A stretch of 63,319 bases of DNA, the filler included, from the NCBI GenBank assembly GCA_964501035.1. It is 3 parts of 3 records of this genome, joined end to end, with 100 filler letters (N's around TTAATTAATTAA, not from the genome) between each part and the next. Parts side by side here need not be neighbours in the genome. Positions count along the whole stretch, not along the records: positions 1 to 22,323 come from CAZCRK010000021.1; 2 more parts are not named here. One strand, given 5' to 3'. A program made the position numbers and the translations under genes. This document shows, one piece after another, positions 11,079 to 22,200 of this stretch. How positions within the stretch are numbered: position 1 is the stretch's first letter; every line of letters starts with the position of its first letter. Under the pieces are notes generated by a model. That model made no database searches. It was not told the DNA's origin and worked only from the letters and a program-made list of their open reading frames with translations.

Positions 11079-11864
11079 TTGAGTTCAGAAGAAAAATATT
11101 CGAAACAAATTACTATTTTAGATTGGGTCATTGTACTCTCAACGTTTGTTTTGTTAATAATGGTGTATATCCCTCAGGTAATTTGGGAAGAAGAAGATGA
11201 ATACCGAACTGAAAGTAGAAGAAGAATGTCTATTATATCAGATGCAGAAGAATTTTATTATGAGTTAACTGGATCCTATACCTTAGATGGGATAGAATTA
11301 TTTACACTCGTTGAATCTGCAATGGATTCACTCCAGGCAGATAGTTTGTTTACAGGAGATCAGGTTATACATTTACCAAAGAAATCATATAATGTTAATG
11401 TTGAAACAGGGTTTGATATTCGAGTTGATACAACATTTAGTGTAGCAGAAAACTTAAAACGAGTATCTCTTGATACCATTTATACTGTAGGAATGAAAAA
11501 TCCAGAGAGTGGTGGTATTGATACTCTTTTTGTAAATGCAATGAATATGAATATGTTCAAACAAGATTCTCTGTTTTATGATATATTTGCTTCGGATACA
11601 GCAAGTCGATCAGAAATTTATACAGATTATCTGAGACAAAAGTTTCACCTAACACAAGAACTTTTAACATGCCCTGTTTCAAGTAAAATTATGGGTGAAC
11701 CATATATCTTTAGTATAGATGACAGTGACCCTGAGGCTCCAATTTTTACTGTTTCATCTCCAGTTTCTGAGGACTATAGCGAGCCTAGATTTGGAATTTT
11801 TAAATTTTATTCTGGGAAACATGGACAAATTGTAGGTGGAGAACAAAGCTGGGCAGGTGAATAG
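11079..11864 (+). CDS. Hypothetical membrane-anchored protein with pilin-like N-terminal helix
   Basis: QITILDWVIVL...YIPQ...SRRRMSIISDAEEFYYELTGSY; AGGAGG RBS before a TTG start. Confidence 0.6.
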   Translation: MSSEEKYSKQITILDWVIVLSTFVLLIMVYIPQVIWEEEDEYRTESRRRMSIISDAEEFYYELTGSYTLDGIELFTLVESAMDSLQADSLFTGDQVIHLPKKSYNVNVETGFDIRVDTTFSVAENLKRVSLDTIYTVGMKNPESGGIDTLFVNAMNMNMFKQDSLFYDIFASDTASRSEIYTDYLRQKFHLTQELLTCPVSSKIMGEPYIFSIDDSDPEAPIFTVSSPVSEDYSEPRFGIFKFYSGKHGQIVGGEQSWAGE

Positions 11865-11875
11865 AGGTATTTTGT

Positions 11876-12772
11876 TTGTTTGGAATTTCACAATGTGGGG
11901 AAAATATTCACTATGTAAAATGGGTCCCATCTGAAAGTGGCCCCTTAGTAACCTATTTTAATTCAATACATGTGAATGGTGGAATTAATTTTAAGGATAC
12001 AAATAGTGTAAATCAAATCTTCGAACCATTAAAAGAAATTACTAAAAGCACACCAACCCCAGTTTCTATTTCCATTGATATAACACATGTAAACCTTTTT
12101 CAAATCCGTAGCGATGATTCATCTCAAGAATCGTTAATTAACTGGCATTTTGCACAAACTTCTGAAGAAAACCTAAGTGAAAAGTTTGAATCATTTCAAT
12201 TTCCAATGCATACGGATTCAAAATCTGTTTTAGGTCTTACATTACCTTCAAATTTCAAAAAAAATATATTAGAAATAGCGTCAAAAAATAATTGCAAGCT
12301 AAATGGACTAAGTTGTGGAATATTTTCTGCTGAACAAGGTGCAAGACAATGGTATCATACAAATCAGTTAAGTAGCTATGTAATTTGGAAAATTGGAAAA
12401 CGAAATATTGATCATTTATTGTATATAAAAGATGGAAAACTCTTAACATTTCTTTCAATTAGAAAAATCGATAAAAAGATCAAACCAATTCAAGTAATTG
12501 GGTGCCATAATGGAGCAAACCTACTTGTTGATCAGTTGAATGATATTATTAAATCTAACAAGTCAAAGTTTACATGTGCAGAGAAAGTTTTTGTGTATCA
12601 ATGTGATAAGCGACAAAAAGAAACTCGTGAATTAATGAACTTAGTAATTGAAAACTTAATACTATTGAATCCATTTTCTGTTCTTGAAATGGAAGTAGAT
12701 AAAAAAATAAATGAGTTTAGTTCATTATCATTTGCTGAAACAGGAGTTGCATTTAGGGGCATAGATGTTTGA
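11876..12772 (+). CDS. Hypothetical cytoplasmic protein, possibly divergent PilM-like
   Basis: C-terminal LNPF...FAETGVAFRG resembles the PilM C-terminus; gene context. Confidence 0.5.
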   Translation: MFGISQCGENIHYVKWVPSESGPLVTYFNSIHVNGGINFKDTNSVNQIFEPLKEITKSTPTPVSISIDITHVNLFQIRSDDSSQESLINWHFAQTSEENLSEKFESFQFPMHTDSKSVLGLTLPSNFKKNILEIASKNNCKLNGLSCGIFSAEQGARQWYHTNQLSSYVIWKIGKRNIDHLLYIKDGKLLTFLSIRKIDKKIKPIQVIGCHNGANLLVDQLNDIIKSNKSKFTCAEKVFVYQCDKRQKETRELMNLVIENLILLNPFSVLEMEVDKKINEFSSLSFAETGVAFRGIDV

Positions 12773-13427
12773 TTTAAATCTTTTACAAACACCGGGTTTT
12801 CAAACAGAAAAAGCTAATGTGGTTCAAGAAATCAAGGATAGCACAATCGAACCTAAAGTGGTTCATAAAAACCATGCTCCAACTAATGAAGTTAACACTA
12901 AAAAAAAGAAATCCAAGTTGAACCAGTATTTACTCATTGGACTAGTTGTGCTAATGGGCTTAAGTCTATATGGCATCTATTCAAATAATTCATCTAGTTC
13001 TAATCAAATGGATAATAAAATAGCAGTTTCAGATGTGATACAAATTCTTTTATCTGAAACGCAATATATTGATTCAATTGAGTTCACACAATCAAAACTA
13101 CTTATATCTTTACATAACTTATCAAATAATGAAATACTTAGAATAAAAGAAAATATTGAATCTACTAATACAAAAGTAAAACTTATAAATAAAAATGGAA
13201 AAAGTTCAGTGTTGATTAGTTTTCCTTGGGTTTCAGCAAAAGATGAAGCATGGAAAAAGAAACGTCCATCATCATTAAACTTAACCGATAACAGGTTGGA
13301 AGGAAATAGCTCAGAAATTGTATCTATTTTATTACAACTGTTAGACTCCAAAATCATTAGTAGTAGTCTAATTGATATAAAAAAACAACATGATAACGTG
13401 TTCATCATAAATATTTCACCATTATGA
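12765..13427 (+). CDS. Hypothetical bitopic membrane protein, possibly PilN-like
   Basis: N-terminal DLNLL motif, single TM after a Lys-rich stretch. Confidence 0.5.
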   Translation: MFDLNLLQTPGFQTEKANVVQEIKDSTIEPKVVHKNHAPTNEVNTKKKKSKLNQYLLIGLVVLMGLSLYGIYSNNSSSSNQMDNKIAVSDVIQILLSETQYIDSIEFTQSKLLISLHNLSNNEILRIKENIESTNTKVKLINKNGKSSVLISFPWVSAKDEAWKKKRPSSLNLTDNRLEGNSSEIVSILLQLLDSKIISSSLIDIKKQHDNVFIINISPL

Positions 13428-13948
13428 TAAAAATTATTTCCGGAAAATATAAAGGAAGAAATTTACATGATGTACCTGACAAGTATGTCAGGCCAACTCA
13501 AGCAAAAGTACGAAAATCAATGTTGCAAATATTAGAGCCATTTCATGGATTAAAGGTATTGGATTTGTTTGCTGGGGTAGGTACATTAGGAATAGAAGCA
13601 TTAAGTAGAGGGGCAATTCATTTAACAAGTGTTGAAAAAAACACTTTAGTTTTTCAAAATTTATTAAAAAATATAGAAACAATTTGTTCTACTGATGACG
13701 TTGTTTTAAAACAATATGATGTAAACCGGTTTTTATCAACGTCATTAGAGATGTTTGATGTAATTATTGCTGACCCACCTTATGGGAAATTTTCTTTTGA
13801 AGAATTGTTAGAACTCGTTAAACCACATTTGGTAAAAGATGGTGTGTTTTGTATGGAAACAAAAAGGTGTACAATTGATGAAACTATTAATGTTAGAATA
13901 AAAAAATATGGGAACACTCATGTTTTATTTTGGAGGAATGTCGCATGA
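13424..13948 (+). CDS. rsmD: 16S rRNA m2G966 methyltransferase
   Basis: IISGKYKGR, VRPT, LDLFAGVG.LGIEALSRGA, DPPY. Confidence 0.93.
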   Translation: MIKIISGKYKGRNLHDVPDKYVRPTQAKVRKSMLQILEPFHGLKVLDLFAGVGTLGIEALSRGAIHLTSVEKNTLVFQNLLKNIETICSTDDVVLKQYDVNRFLSTSLEMFDVIIADPPYGKFSFEELLELVKPHLVKDGVFCMETKRCTIDETINVRIKKYGNTHVLFWRNVA

Positions 13949-14427
13949 AAATAGCAATTTATCCAGGTTCATTCGATCCAATAACAAATGGTCACTTAGA
14001 TATTATTGAGAGAGTTTCTAAAATTTTTGATAAGGTCATTGTAACGATAGCTCACAACAGTGAAAAATCAAATGCCCTATTTACTGAGGTTGATAGGAAA
14101 AAATTAATTTTAGATTCTGTAGCTAATCTTACTAATGTTGAAGTAGATAGTTTTGAAGGTCTTCTTATGAACTATGCTGTAGAAAATAATGCAATTGCAG
14201 TTATTCGTGGTTTAAGAGCTCTGTCAGATTTTGAGTTTGAATTTAAAATGGCATTGATGAATAGAAGTTTGAATAATGATGTGAGTACATTATTTATGAT
14301 GCCCCATGCTAAATATACTCATATTAGCTCATCTTTAATTCGTGAAGTTGCATCACTTAAAGGGGATGTTAGTCAATACGTACCAAAGCTTGTCGTTGAA
14401 GCATTATCCAAAAAGTTTAATGAATAG
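13945..14427 (+). CDS. coaD: Phosphopantetheine adenylyltransferase
   Basis: YPGSFDPITNGHLD, RGLR, ISSS; ATG 13945 after GGAGG. Confidence 0.97.
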   Translation: MKIAIYPGSFDPITNGHLDIIERVSKIFDKVIVTIAHNSEKSNALFTEVDRKKLILDSVANLTNVEVDSFEGLLMNYAVENNAIAVIRGLRALSDFEFEFKMALMNRSLNNDVSTLFMMPHAKYTHISSSLIREVASLKGDVSQYVPKLVVEALSKKFNE

Positions 14428-15346
14428 ATACGAACAAAGAATTATAGAAATAGGGTTGCAAAATAATGCAAAGTTAGCATTACCAGAATCTTCGGATATT
14501 CGCATTCAGAATGCCAAGAAAAAATTAACAGATTTAGGCTTTAATGTTATTAAAATTGATGATTATAAATCCAATTTTGATACCTATACAAGTTTATTAT
14601 CCAAAAAGCCTTTTTCAAAAAATTGGCGGAAACAAGATTTAGAAACATATTTAGAAAATCCATTGCACCTTGCTATGGCTCTTCTTGAAAATGGAGAGAT
14701 TGATGGTGTGATAGCTGGTGCAGATACTGCAACCAGTGATGTGCTTCGATCTGCCATAAGAACAGTTGGAGTATCCAAAACATCTAAATGGGTTTCTAGT
14801 ATATTTTTTATGATTTCTCCAGATGGTGAAACAGCATTAACATTTGCAGACTGTGGTGTTATTCCAGAACCTGATAGTAATCAATTAGCTATGATAGCAC
14901 ATGATTCAGCTAAGTTTCACCATTTGCTAACTGGAGAAGAACCTAAAATTGCTTTTTTATCTTTTTCTACTAAAGGAAGTGCAGAACATTATAGAGTGGA
15001 AAAAGTGCGAAAAGCTGTAAATGTTTTTGCAAAAAAATATCCAAATTATACGCATGATGGGGAGTTACAATTTGACACTGCATTCATTCCAAATGTATCT
15101 AATGTAAAGGCACCCAACTCACCGTTGAAAGGTAAAGCTAATGTGTTTATATTTCCTAATTTAGATGCGGGTAACATTGCGTACAAAATAGCTCAACGAT
15201 TAGCAAATTATTCTGCACTAGGTCCGTTACTACAAGGGCTTGATAAACCAGTGCATGATTTATCTCGAGGTTGTTCAGTTGAGGATATTGTGCGTGTTGC
15301 TTCAATTACAGCAATGCAAAAAAAGAGTGAATATGCCAACATATAA
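14420..15346 (+). CDS. pta: Phosphate acetyl/acyltransferase (PTA_PTB family, short form)
   Basis: LALPE, FADCG, FLSFSTKGS, DGELQFD, FPNLDAGNIAYK, DLSRGC. Confidence 0.88.
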   Translation: MNRYEQRIIEIGLQNNAKLALPESSDIRIQNAKKKLTDLGFNVIKIDDYKSNFDTYTSLLSKKPFSKNWRKQDLETYLENPLHLAMALLENGEIDGVIAGADTATSDVLRSAIRTVGVSKTSKWVSSIFFMISPDGETALTFADCGVIPEPDSNQLAMIAHDSAKFHHLLTGEEPKIAFLSFSTKGSAEHYRVEKVRKAVNVFAKKYPNYTHDGELQFDTAFIPNVSNVKAPNSPLKGKANVFIFPNLDAGNIAYKIAQRLANYSALGPLLQGLDKPVHDLSRGCSVEDIVRVASITAMQKKSEYANI

Positions 15347-15605
15347 TTATCAATGTGAAGTTTGTAGCAATGAATTTTCTGCGTTTCAATCAATGAATGC
15401 GAAACCGCTCAATTCATGCAACGATTGTGGAGGACAGGTTCAGCGTAAAATTTCAGGTGGAACTGGTTTGATATTTAAAGGAACCGGATTTTATTTAACA
15501 GACTATTCAAAGAAAAATACAGACAAAAATAACAGTTCAGAATCTATAAAGAAATTAACTAAAGAGAGTAAAACAACTAAAAAGAAGGAAGTAAAACATG
15601 AGTAA
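15333..15605 (+). CDS. FmdB-family zinc-ribbon protein
   Basis: MPTYNYQC..C...[16 protein letters not shown]. Confidence 0.9.
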   Translation: MPTYNYQCEVCSNEFSAFQSMNAKPLNSCNDCGGQVQRKISGGTGLIFKGTGFYLTDYSKKNTDKNNSSESIKKLTKESKTTKKKEVKHE

Positions 15606-16896
15606 AGTAATTATTCCATCAAATGGACAAAAAATAACCATGGAAGGAACTAAGTTAAACGTTCCTGCCAGTCCAATTATACCATTTATTGAAGGAGATG
15701 GGATTGGTCCTGATATTTGGGCAGCATCCGTACGAGTTTTTGATAAAGCTGTTGAAATAGCATATGATGGTCGAAGAAAAATTGAATGGATGGAAGTATA
15801 CGCTGGTGATAAAGCCAATGATGTATATGGTCCAAATACATGGCTTCCGCAAGAAACGTTGGATATGATAGACGAATACTTAATAGCTATTAAAGGACCA
15901 TTAACAACACCCGTGGGCGGAGGAATACGCTCAATTAATGTAGCTCTTCGTCAAAAACTAGATTTATATGTTTGTCAACGACCTGTTAAATGGTTTCAAG
16001 GTGTACCCTCTCCAGTTAAAAATCCTTCCAAAATTGATATGGTTATTTTCCGAGAAAATACCGAAGATATTTATGCAGGGATAGAGTTTGAAGAAGGAAC
16101 TGGTGATGTTGAAAAATTAATAAATCTCCTTAAAGAAAATTTTGGAGATAGATTTGACAAAATTCGTTTTCCTAAAACAACTGGATTGGGTATAAAACCA
16201 ATTTCTCAAGAAGGCACAGAACGTCTAGTTAGATCTGCAATTGAATATGCAATTGATAATAATCGTGAAAGTGTAACCTTGGTTCACAAAGGTAACATTA
16301 TGAAGTTTACCGAAGGCGCATTTAAAAATTGGGGTTATGAGTTAGCTGAAAAAGAATACGGCGATAAAGTGTTTACGTGGGCGCAATATGACAGAATTGT
16401 TGAAGAAAGCGGAAAAGATGATGCCAATAGAGCACAAGAACAAGCTGTTAAAGAGGGTAAAATAATTGTAAAAGACTCCATTGCGGATGCATTTTTACAA
16501 CAAATACTTACTCGACCTGACGAATATGATGTTATTGCAACCATGAATTTAAATGGCGATTATATCTCGGATGCTCTTGCAGCCCAAGTGGGTGGAATTG
16601 GTATTGCACCAGGTGCAAATATCAATTATGTAACAGGTAAATCAATTTTTGAAGCCACACATGGAACCGCTCCAAAATATGCTGGACAAGACAAAGTAAA
16701 TCCTGGATCAGTAATTTTATCGGGTGAAATGATGTTTAGATTTATGGGGTGGACAGAAGCTGCTGATTTAATTGTCAATGCAATCGATAAAACAATTGAA
16801 CAAAAACGAGTTACATACGATTTCCATAGATTGATGGATAATGCAACAAAACTTAAATGCTCTGAGTTTGGCGATGCATTAATAGGAAATATGTAA
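15598..16896 (+). CDS. icd: NADP-dependent isocitrate dehydrogenase
   Basis: [39 protein letters not shown]. Confidence 0.97.
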   Translation: MSKVIIPSNGQKITMEGTKLNVPASPIIPFIEGDGIGPDIWAASVRVFDKAVEIAYDGRRKIEWMEVYAGDKANDVYGPNTWLPQETLDMIDEYLIAIKGPLTTPVGGGIRSINVALRQKLDLYVCQRPVKWFQGVPSPVKNPSKIDMVIFRENTEDIYAGIEFEEGTGDVEKLINLLKENFGDRFDKIRFPKTTGLGIKPISQEGTERLVRSAIEYAIDNNRESVTLVHKGNIMKFTEGAFKNWGYELAEKEYGDKVFTWAQYDRIVEESGKDDANRAQEQAVKEGKIIVKDSIADAFLQQILTRPDEYDVIATMNLNGDYISDALAAQVGGIGIAPGANINYVTGKSIFEATHGTAPKYAGQDKVNPGSVILSGEMMFRFMGWTEAADLIVNAIDKTIEQKRVTYDFHRLMDNATKLKCSEFGDALIGNM

Positions 16897-16903
16897 AAGC
16901 ATA

Positions 16904-16935
16904 TAGGGGCGAGTTAAAATTCGCCCCTAATTTTA
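16904..16935 (+). terminator. Probable intrinsic terminator after icd
   Basis: TAGGGGCGA...TCGCCCCTA stem followed by ATTTT. Confidence 0.7.
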
Positions 16936-16937
16936 TA

Positions 16938-17945
16938 ATGAAATTTATTGATCATGTAAAAATAAATGTTAAGGCAGGTGACGGAGGTCATGGATGTATT
17001 GCCTTTTTACGTGAAAAATTTCGTCCCAAGGGTGGTCCATGTGGCGGTGATGGTGGTAACGGAGGCAATGTTGTTTTACGGGTTAATCCACAATTATCAA
17101 CGCTACATGACATATCTTATAATCGACATTATAGAGCAGGCAAAGGACAACACGGACAAGGGAAACATTGCCATGGGAAAAATGGTGAAGATTTAATTAT
17201 TGATGTTCCTCCTGGAACCATTGTAAAAAATTCCGACACAAATCAAGTACTTGTTGATTTAACAGAAAATGAATCTTCGTTTATAATTGTCAATGGTGGA
17301 AATGGTGGATTTGGGAATGCTCGATTTAAAACAAAAACACAAACTGCCCCACGTATTGCAAATGATGGTCAACCCGGCGAACAATTATTAATTGATTTAG
17401 AGTTAAAGGTCTTAGCTGATGTTGGATTAGTCGGATTTCCTAATGCAGGGAAATCAACGTTTATTTCGAGGATATCCAATGCAAAACCACGCATAGCTGA
17501 CTATCCGTTTACGACCTTAGTTCCCAATTTAGGTATTGTAAAATATCACGATTATAATTCTTTTGTTATGGCTGATATTCCTGGATTGATTGAAGGTGCA
17601 GCTGATGGCAAGGGACTTGGATCCCGGTTTTTAAAACATATTGAACGAACCAAAATTTTAGTATTTATAGTTGATATCAATTCTGAAGATATTAATGCTG
17701 AATATTCAATATTAAGAAATGAGTTAGATAAATTTGGTGCAGGTTTAAATGCTCGTCCAAGTATATTGTTAGTTTCAAAGTATGATGTAGAAAATGAAGA
17801 ATTACTAAAAGAACTTAACCTTCCTAAAGATATTCCATATGTGATAATGTCTTCAGTGAGTGGTACTAATTTGACACAAACAAAAAATAAAATTATTGAA
17901 TTGATAGAGTCCCAGAAAAATGATACCCAAGCATCAACTGATTAG
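16938..17945 (+). CDS. obgE: GTPase ObgE/CgtA
   Basis: Gly-rich Obg fold, GFPNAGKST, YPFTT, DIPG. Confidence 0.96.
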   Translation: MKFIDHVKINVKAGDGGHGCIAFLREKFRPKGGPCGGDGGNGGNVVLRVNPQLSTLHDISYNRHYRAGKGQHGQGKHCHGKNGEDLIIDVPPGTIVKNSDTNQVLVDLTENESSFIIVNGGNGGFGNARFKTKTQTAPRIANDGQPGEQLLIDLELKVLADVGLVGFPNAGKSTFISRISNAKPRIADYPFTTLVPNLGIVKYHDYNSFVMADIPGLIEGAADGKGLGSRFLKHIERTKILVFIVDINSEDINAEYSILRNELDKFGAGLNARPSILLVSKYDVENEELLKELNLPKDIPYVIMSSVSGTNLTQTKNKIIELIESQKNDTQASTD

Positions 17946-18987
17946 TTTATCATCTGTAAAAGGAGTGGGTCCTGCTAGAATTCGCCATATCCTGAGAAAA
18001 TTTCCAGATATTTCTAATATCAATAACTTAAACCAAAGTGATTTATGTCAAGTAGAATCTATTTCAATTGATATTGCCAATAAGATAAATAAACATGATG
18101 AAAATATTGGACTTCAAGCATTAGAAGAAACAACAAAGGACCATGCAACATATATTCCATATTGGGATGATAAATATCCACAACTTCTTGCAACAATTTA
18201 TGATGCACCAGTTGGATTGTTTATAAAGGGTGAAATCCCAGAAAATCCATCCATTGCAGTTGTAGGTACACGAAATCCAAGTGATTATGGGAAAAAAGTA
18301 ACCAGAGATTTAGTGCATGATTTAGTTAAAGCAGGGTTAGTGGTTACTTCTGGTTTTGCAAGGGGGATTGATACAATTGCTCACCATGAAGTGCTTAAAC
18401 GTGGTGGAAATACAATTGCAGTTTTAGGAAATGGTTTGGACATTATATATCCATCTGAAAATAACAGATTAGTAGATTTGTTATTAGAAAACGGGGTCTT
18501 TATATCAGAATTCATCCCCGGTACAAAACCAGATGCTAAAAATTTTCCCAAACGAAACAGAATTATTAGTGGTCTTAGTGTAGGGGTTGTTGTCATTGAA
18601 GCTGGTAAAAAAAGTGGTTCTGTGATTACAGCATATAATGCTCTTGATCAAAACAGAGAAGTGTTTGCAGTTCCCGGAAATATCAATTCAACTCGTTCAT
18701 TTGGTACTAACAAATTAATTCAACTAGGTGCAAAATTAGTTTCTTCTATCGATGATATATTATCTGAGCTTCAAATAGAGAAAGGGGTTAAACAATGTGA
18801 ATTAATCCCAGAACTAAATAAACAAGAATCTGAAGTTTACAATATTTTAAAAAATGGACCAATCCATATAGATACACTATGTATCGAAATGAACAAAGAT
18901 AGTCCAGAAATACTTTCAATCTTATTATCTTTAGAATTACGAAATATTGTTTCCCAATTACCCGGGAAAATATTCACTCTTGAATAA
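17920..18987 (+). CDS. dprA: DNA processing protein DprA
   Basis: AVVGTR, SGFARGID, FPKRNRIISGLS, REVFAVPG; C-terminal winged helix. Confidence 0.95.
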   Translation: MIPKHQLISLSSVKGVGPARIRHILRKFPDISNINNLNQSDLCQVESISIDIANKINKHDENIGLQALEETTKDHATYIPYWDDKYPQLLATIYDAPVGLFIKGEIPENPSIAVVGTRNPSDYGKKVTRDLVHDLVKAGLVVTSGFARGIDTIAHHEVLKRGGNTIAVLGNGLDIIYPSENNRLVDLLLENGVFISEFIPGTKPDAKNFPKRNRIISGLSVGVVVIEAGKKSGSVITAYNALDQNREVFAVPGNINSTRSFGTNKLIQLGAKLVSSIDDILSELQIEKGVKQCELIPELNKQESEVYNILKNGPIHIDTLCIEMNKDSPEILSILLSLELRNIVSQLPGKIFTLE

Positions 18988-19025
18988 TTTGTGATGTACA
19001 TTACAAATGTTACATCTTGTTACAT
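18988..19025. promoter_or_regulatory. Candidate operator cluster: CRP/FNR-like palindrome plus TGTTACAT direct repeats
   Basis: TTTGTGATGTACATTACAAA (18988-19007), then TGTTACAT at 19008 and 19018. Confidence 0.45.
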
Positions 19026-19216
19026 GTAATATCAATCTTTCTTATCTAAATTAAATATGAAATTATGGCAAGTTTACTATAAAATAGAGTGAATAATCTT
19101 TATAAGGACATGAATATCATTTTTGATTACTTAAAATTGAACAAAAATAACTTGTCTAAAAACGTCCCAATTAATCGAAACAGTTTATTAATAACAACCA
19201 ATAGGAGGGTCACATT

Positions 19217-22200
19217 GTGCCTACACTTACACGCTATGCAATCTTAGTTATAACCGCTTTATCAATGAATTTTATTTTTGGTGAAGAAGTATATATTGAA
19301 ATTAGTCACTACAATGACGGTAATTTAGAGATATTTATGGAAAATTCTTCAGATGTAGGTGGATTCCAATTCAATGTAGAATCTAGTTTTGGAGATTTCA
19401 CGGTGCATGGTGCTTCAGGAGGTCGTGCTGGTGATGCAGGATTTATGATGTCATCTAGTCCAAGTGGAATGGTTTTGGGTTTTTCAATGACAGGAGCTGT
19501 AATTCCATCTGGTTCTGGTGCACTTTGTTTTGTGGATGTTGGATTTACGGGTAGTGAAGGAAATTTTTCTTTAAATTCACCAGTATTTTCTGATGCAAGT
19601 GGACAAGCAATGTCAGTTGAGTTAGGCACTGATTTTGAAATAGGTGGTCCAGAATTATGCGAGGATATTGATGCTTGTAATTATGGTGCTGAAGGTGATT
19701 GTGAATATATTGCTGAAGGTGCTTGTGATTGCGAAGGACACGTTGAAGATTGTGCAGGCGAATGTGGTGGAAATTTAGAATTAGATGAGTGTGGAGTTTG
19801 CGGTGGAGATGGTTCTGAGTGTGTCGAAACATATTTTGATGTAAATCTTCCAAATACGGGTGAATCTTCCCTTATTGTATTTGAATCTGCTATTGCAAAT
19901 TTAGATGAAGGCGATGAAATTGGATTGTTTGATGTAAATGGTATAACCGAAGCAAACGATGCATGTGATGGTAGCTTTAATGGTGAAGTTCTTGTAGGCT
20001 CGGGTGTATGGACAGGTGAACAGCTTGAAATAGTAACAATTGGTTCCGTTGATATGTGTCAATTTGGTGGTTCTCAACTTGCTGGATATATTGGTGGACA
20101 TGATATTGTTGCAAAAATATGGGATGCTTCAGAAGAAACTGAATATTCTGTTTCTCTTGAATATTCAATCGGAAATGGTACTTTTGGATCAATTTTAACA
20201 TCTGTTTCTGGAGTTACATTTGCTGAAGCACATTTTAATGTTGATTTACCAATAACTGGTGAATCATCTCTTATTGTATTTGAATCAACTATATCAACGC
20301 TTGAAGTAGGCGATGAAATTGGATTGTTTGATGCAAGTGGTATTACAGAAGCAAATGATGCTTGTGATGGAAGCTTTAATGGTGAAGTATTAGTTGGTGC
20401 TGGAACATGGACAGGCTCTCAACTTGAAATTGTTACTGTTGGTTCAGTTGATATGTGTGACTTTGGTGGTGGACAGTTAGCTGGTTATGTTTCTGGAAAC
20501 TCAATAATTGCCAAAGTTTGGGACGCATCTGAAGAGGTAGAAACAGAAGTTAACCTTTCATATTCAACTGGAAATGGTAATTATGGATCTATTTTAACTG
20601 CAGTTTCTGAAATTTCAGTGGGTGCATCATACGAAATTGTTATCAATGAATTTTTCTTTAGATCAGCATCAGGCACATCGGTTCCAGATTATGTTGAATT
20701 ATATAATGCAAGTAGTGATGAAGTAGATATATCCGGCTGGATGATAAATGATGAAGATGGGATAATTTCCAGTGGTACTATTCCAGCGTGGGGTTACTTT
20801 TTACTTAGTAAGGATGACCCATTTTTTAATGCCGATGCCGATGAATTATATGCTGGTGAAGATATTGAAAATAGTGCAATAGTAGATTTTAATTTATCCA
20901 CTAGTTCAGGTACAATTATTCTTTTAGATGCAAATAGTAATGAAGTTGATAATTTGCATTATTCTATTGGTGAAGGATGGCCTGTTGGAAGTGCTAACAG
21001 AGGTCATTCTGTAGAATTACTAGACTGGACATCAGATAATTCTGATCCTTCAAATTGGTATAGTTCAAATGGAATAAGTGATATTCTTTGGGGTGAAGAT
21101 GGTTCTGATGAAGAATTAGCAAATTTTGGAACACCAAATGCTGAAAATGAAGAGAGTGGTGGAACAGATGATGTTATTGGTTGTATGGATGAATCCTCAT
21201 GTAACTTTAATTCGGAAGCAAATGTAGATTGTGGTGACTGTTGTGAATACCCTGAAGAGAATTTTGATTGTGAAGGTAATTGCGTTGTTGATGTTGACTG
21301 TAATGGTGACTGCGGTGGTGAAGCTGTATTAGACGAATGTGGAATATGCAATGGTGAGGGTATCCCAGCAGGTGAATGTGATTGCGATGGAAATGTTGAA
21401 GATTGTTTAGGTGTTTGTGGTGGCGATGCTGTTGTTGATGAATGCGGTGTTTGTGATGGTGATGGTATTCCAGAAGGTGACTGTGACTGTTACGGAAGCG
21501 TTGAAGATTGTATGGGTGTATGTGGTGGAGACGCCATGCTTTACACCTTTTGTGAAGATACCGATGGTGATGGACTTGGTAATCCTGGTACAGAAGTAGA
21601 AGAATGTGTCGATGGTGGTAGAGAAATAACTGATGGATGTGATTTACCTGACCTTAATATTTCATTAAATGCAGATAGTTTTGTTGAATATAATTCTTCA
21701 CAAGATATTGGTGGTTTCCAATTTACGGTTGAAGGAGCAACTATTAATTCTGCCGAGGGTGGTGATGCAGCCGAATCAGGTTTTATGATAAGTGGTGGAG
21801 GTTCCACGGTTCTTGGATTTTCCATGCAGGGATTAACCATTCCAGCTGGTTGCGGAACACTCGTAGAACTTACATTAAACGGAGAAGCAACTGGTCTTGT
21901 AGATTTAGTGTTTTCTGATGCATCTGGTAATGCAATACCATTTAGCTATTATATTGATGAAGGAAATGATTTAGTAGAGGACTGTACAGATGAGTACCCT
22001 GATTGTGCAGAAAATTATGTTGATTGTACAGATGAATGTGGTGGCTCAGCTGAACTAGACGATTGTGATGTATGTAATGGTGGCAATGCTGACATGGATG
22101 AATGTGGTGTATGCTTCGGTTCAGGTTATGCTGATAATTGTGGAACATGTGATGATGATGCTTCAAATGACTGTGTACAAGATTGTGCTGGTGTTTGGGG

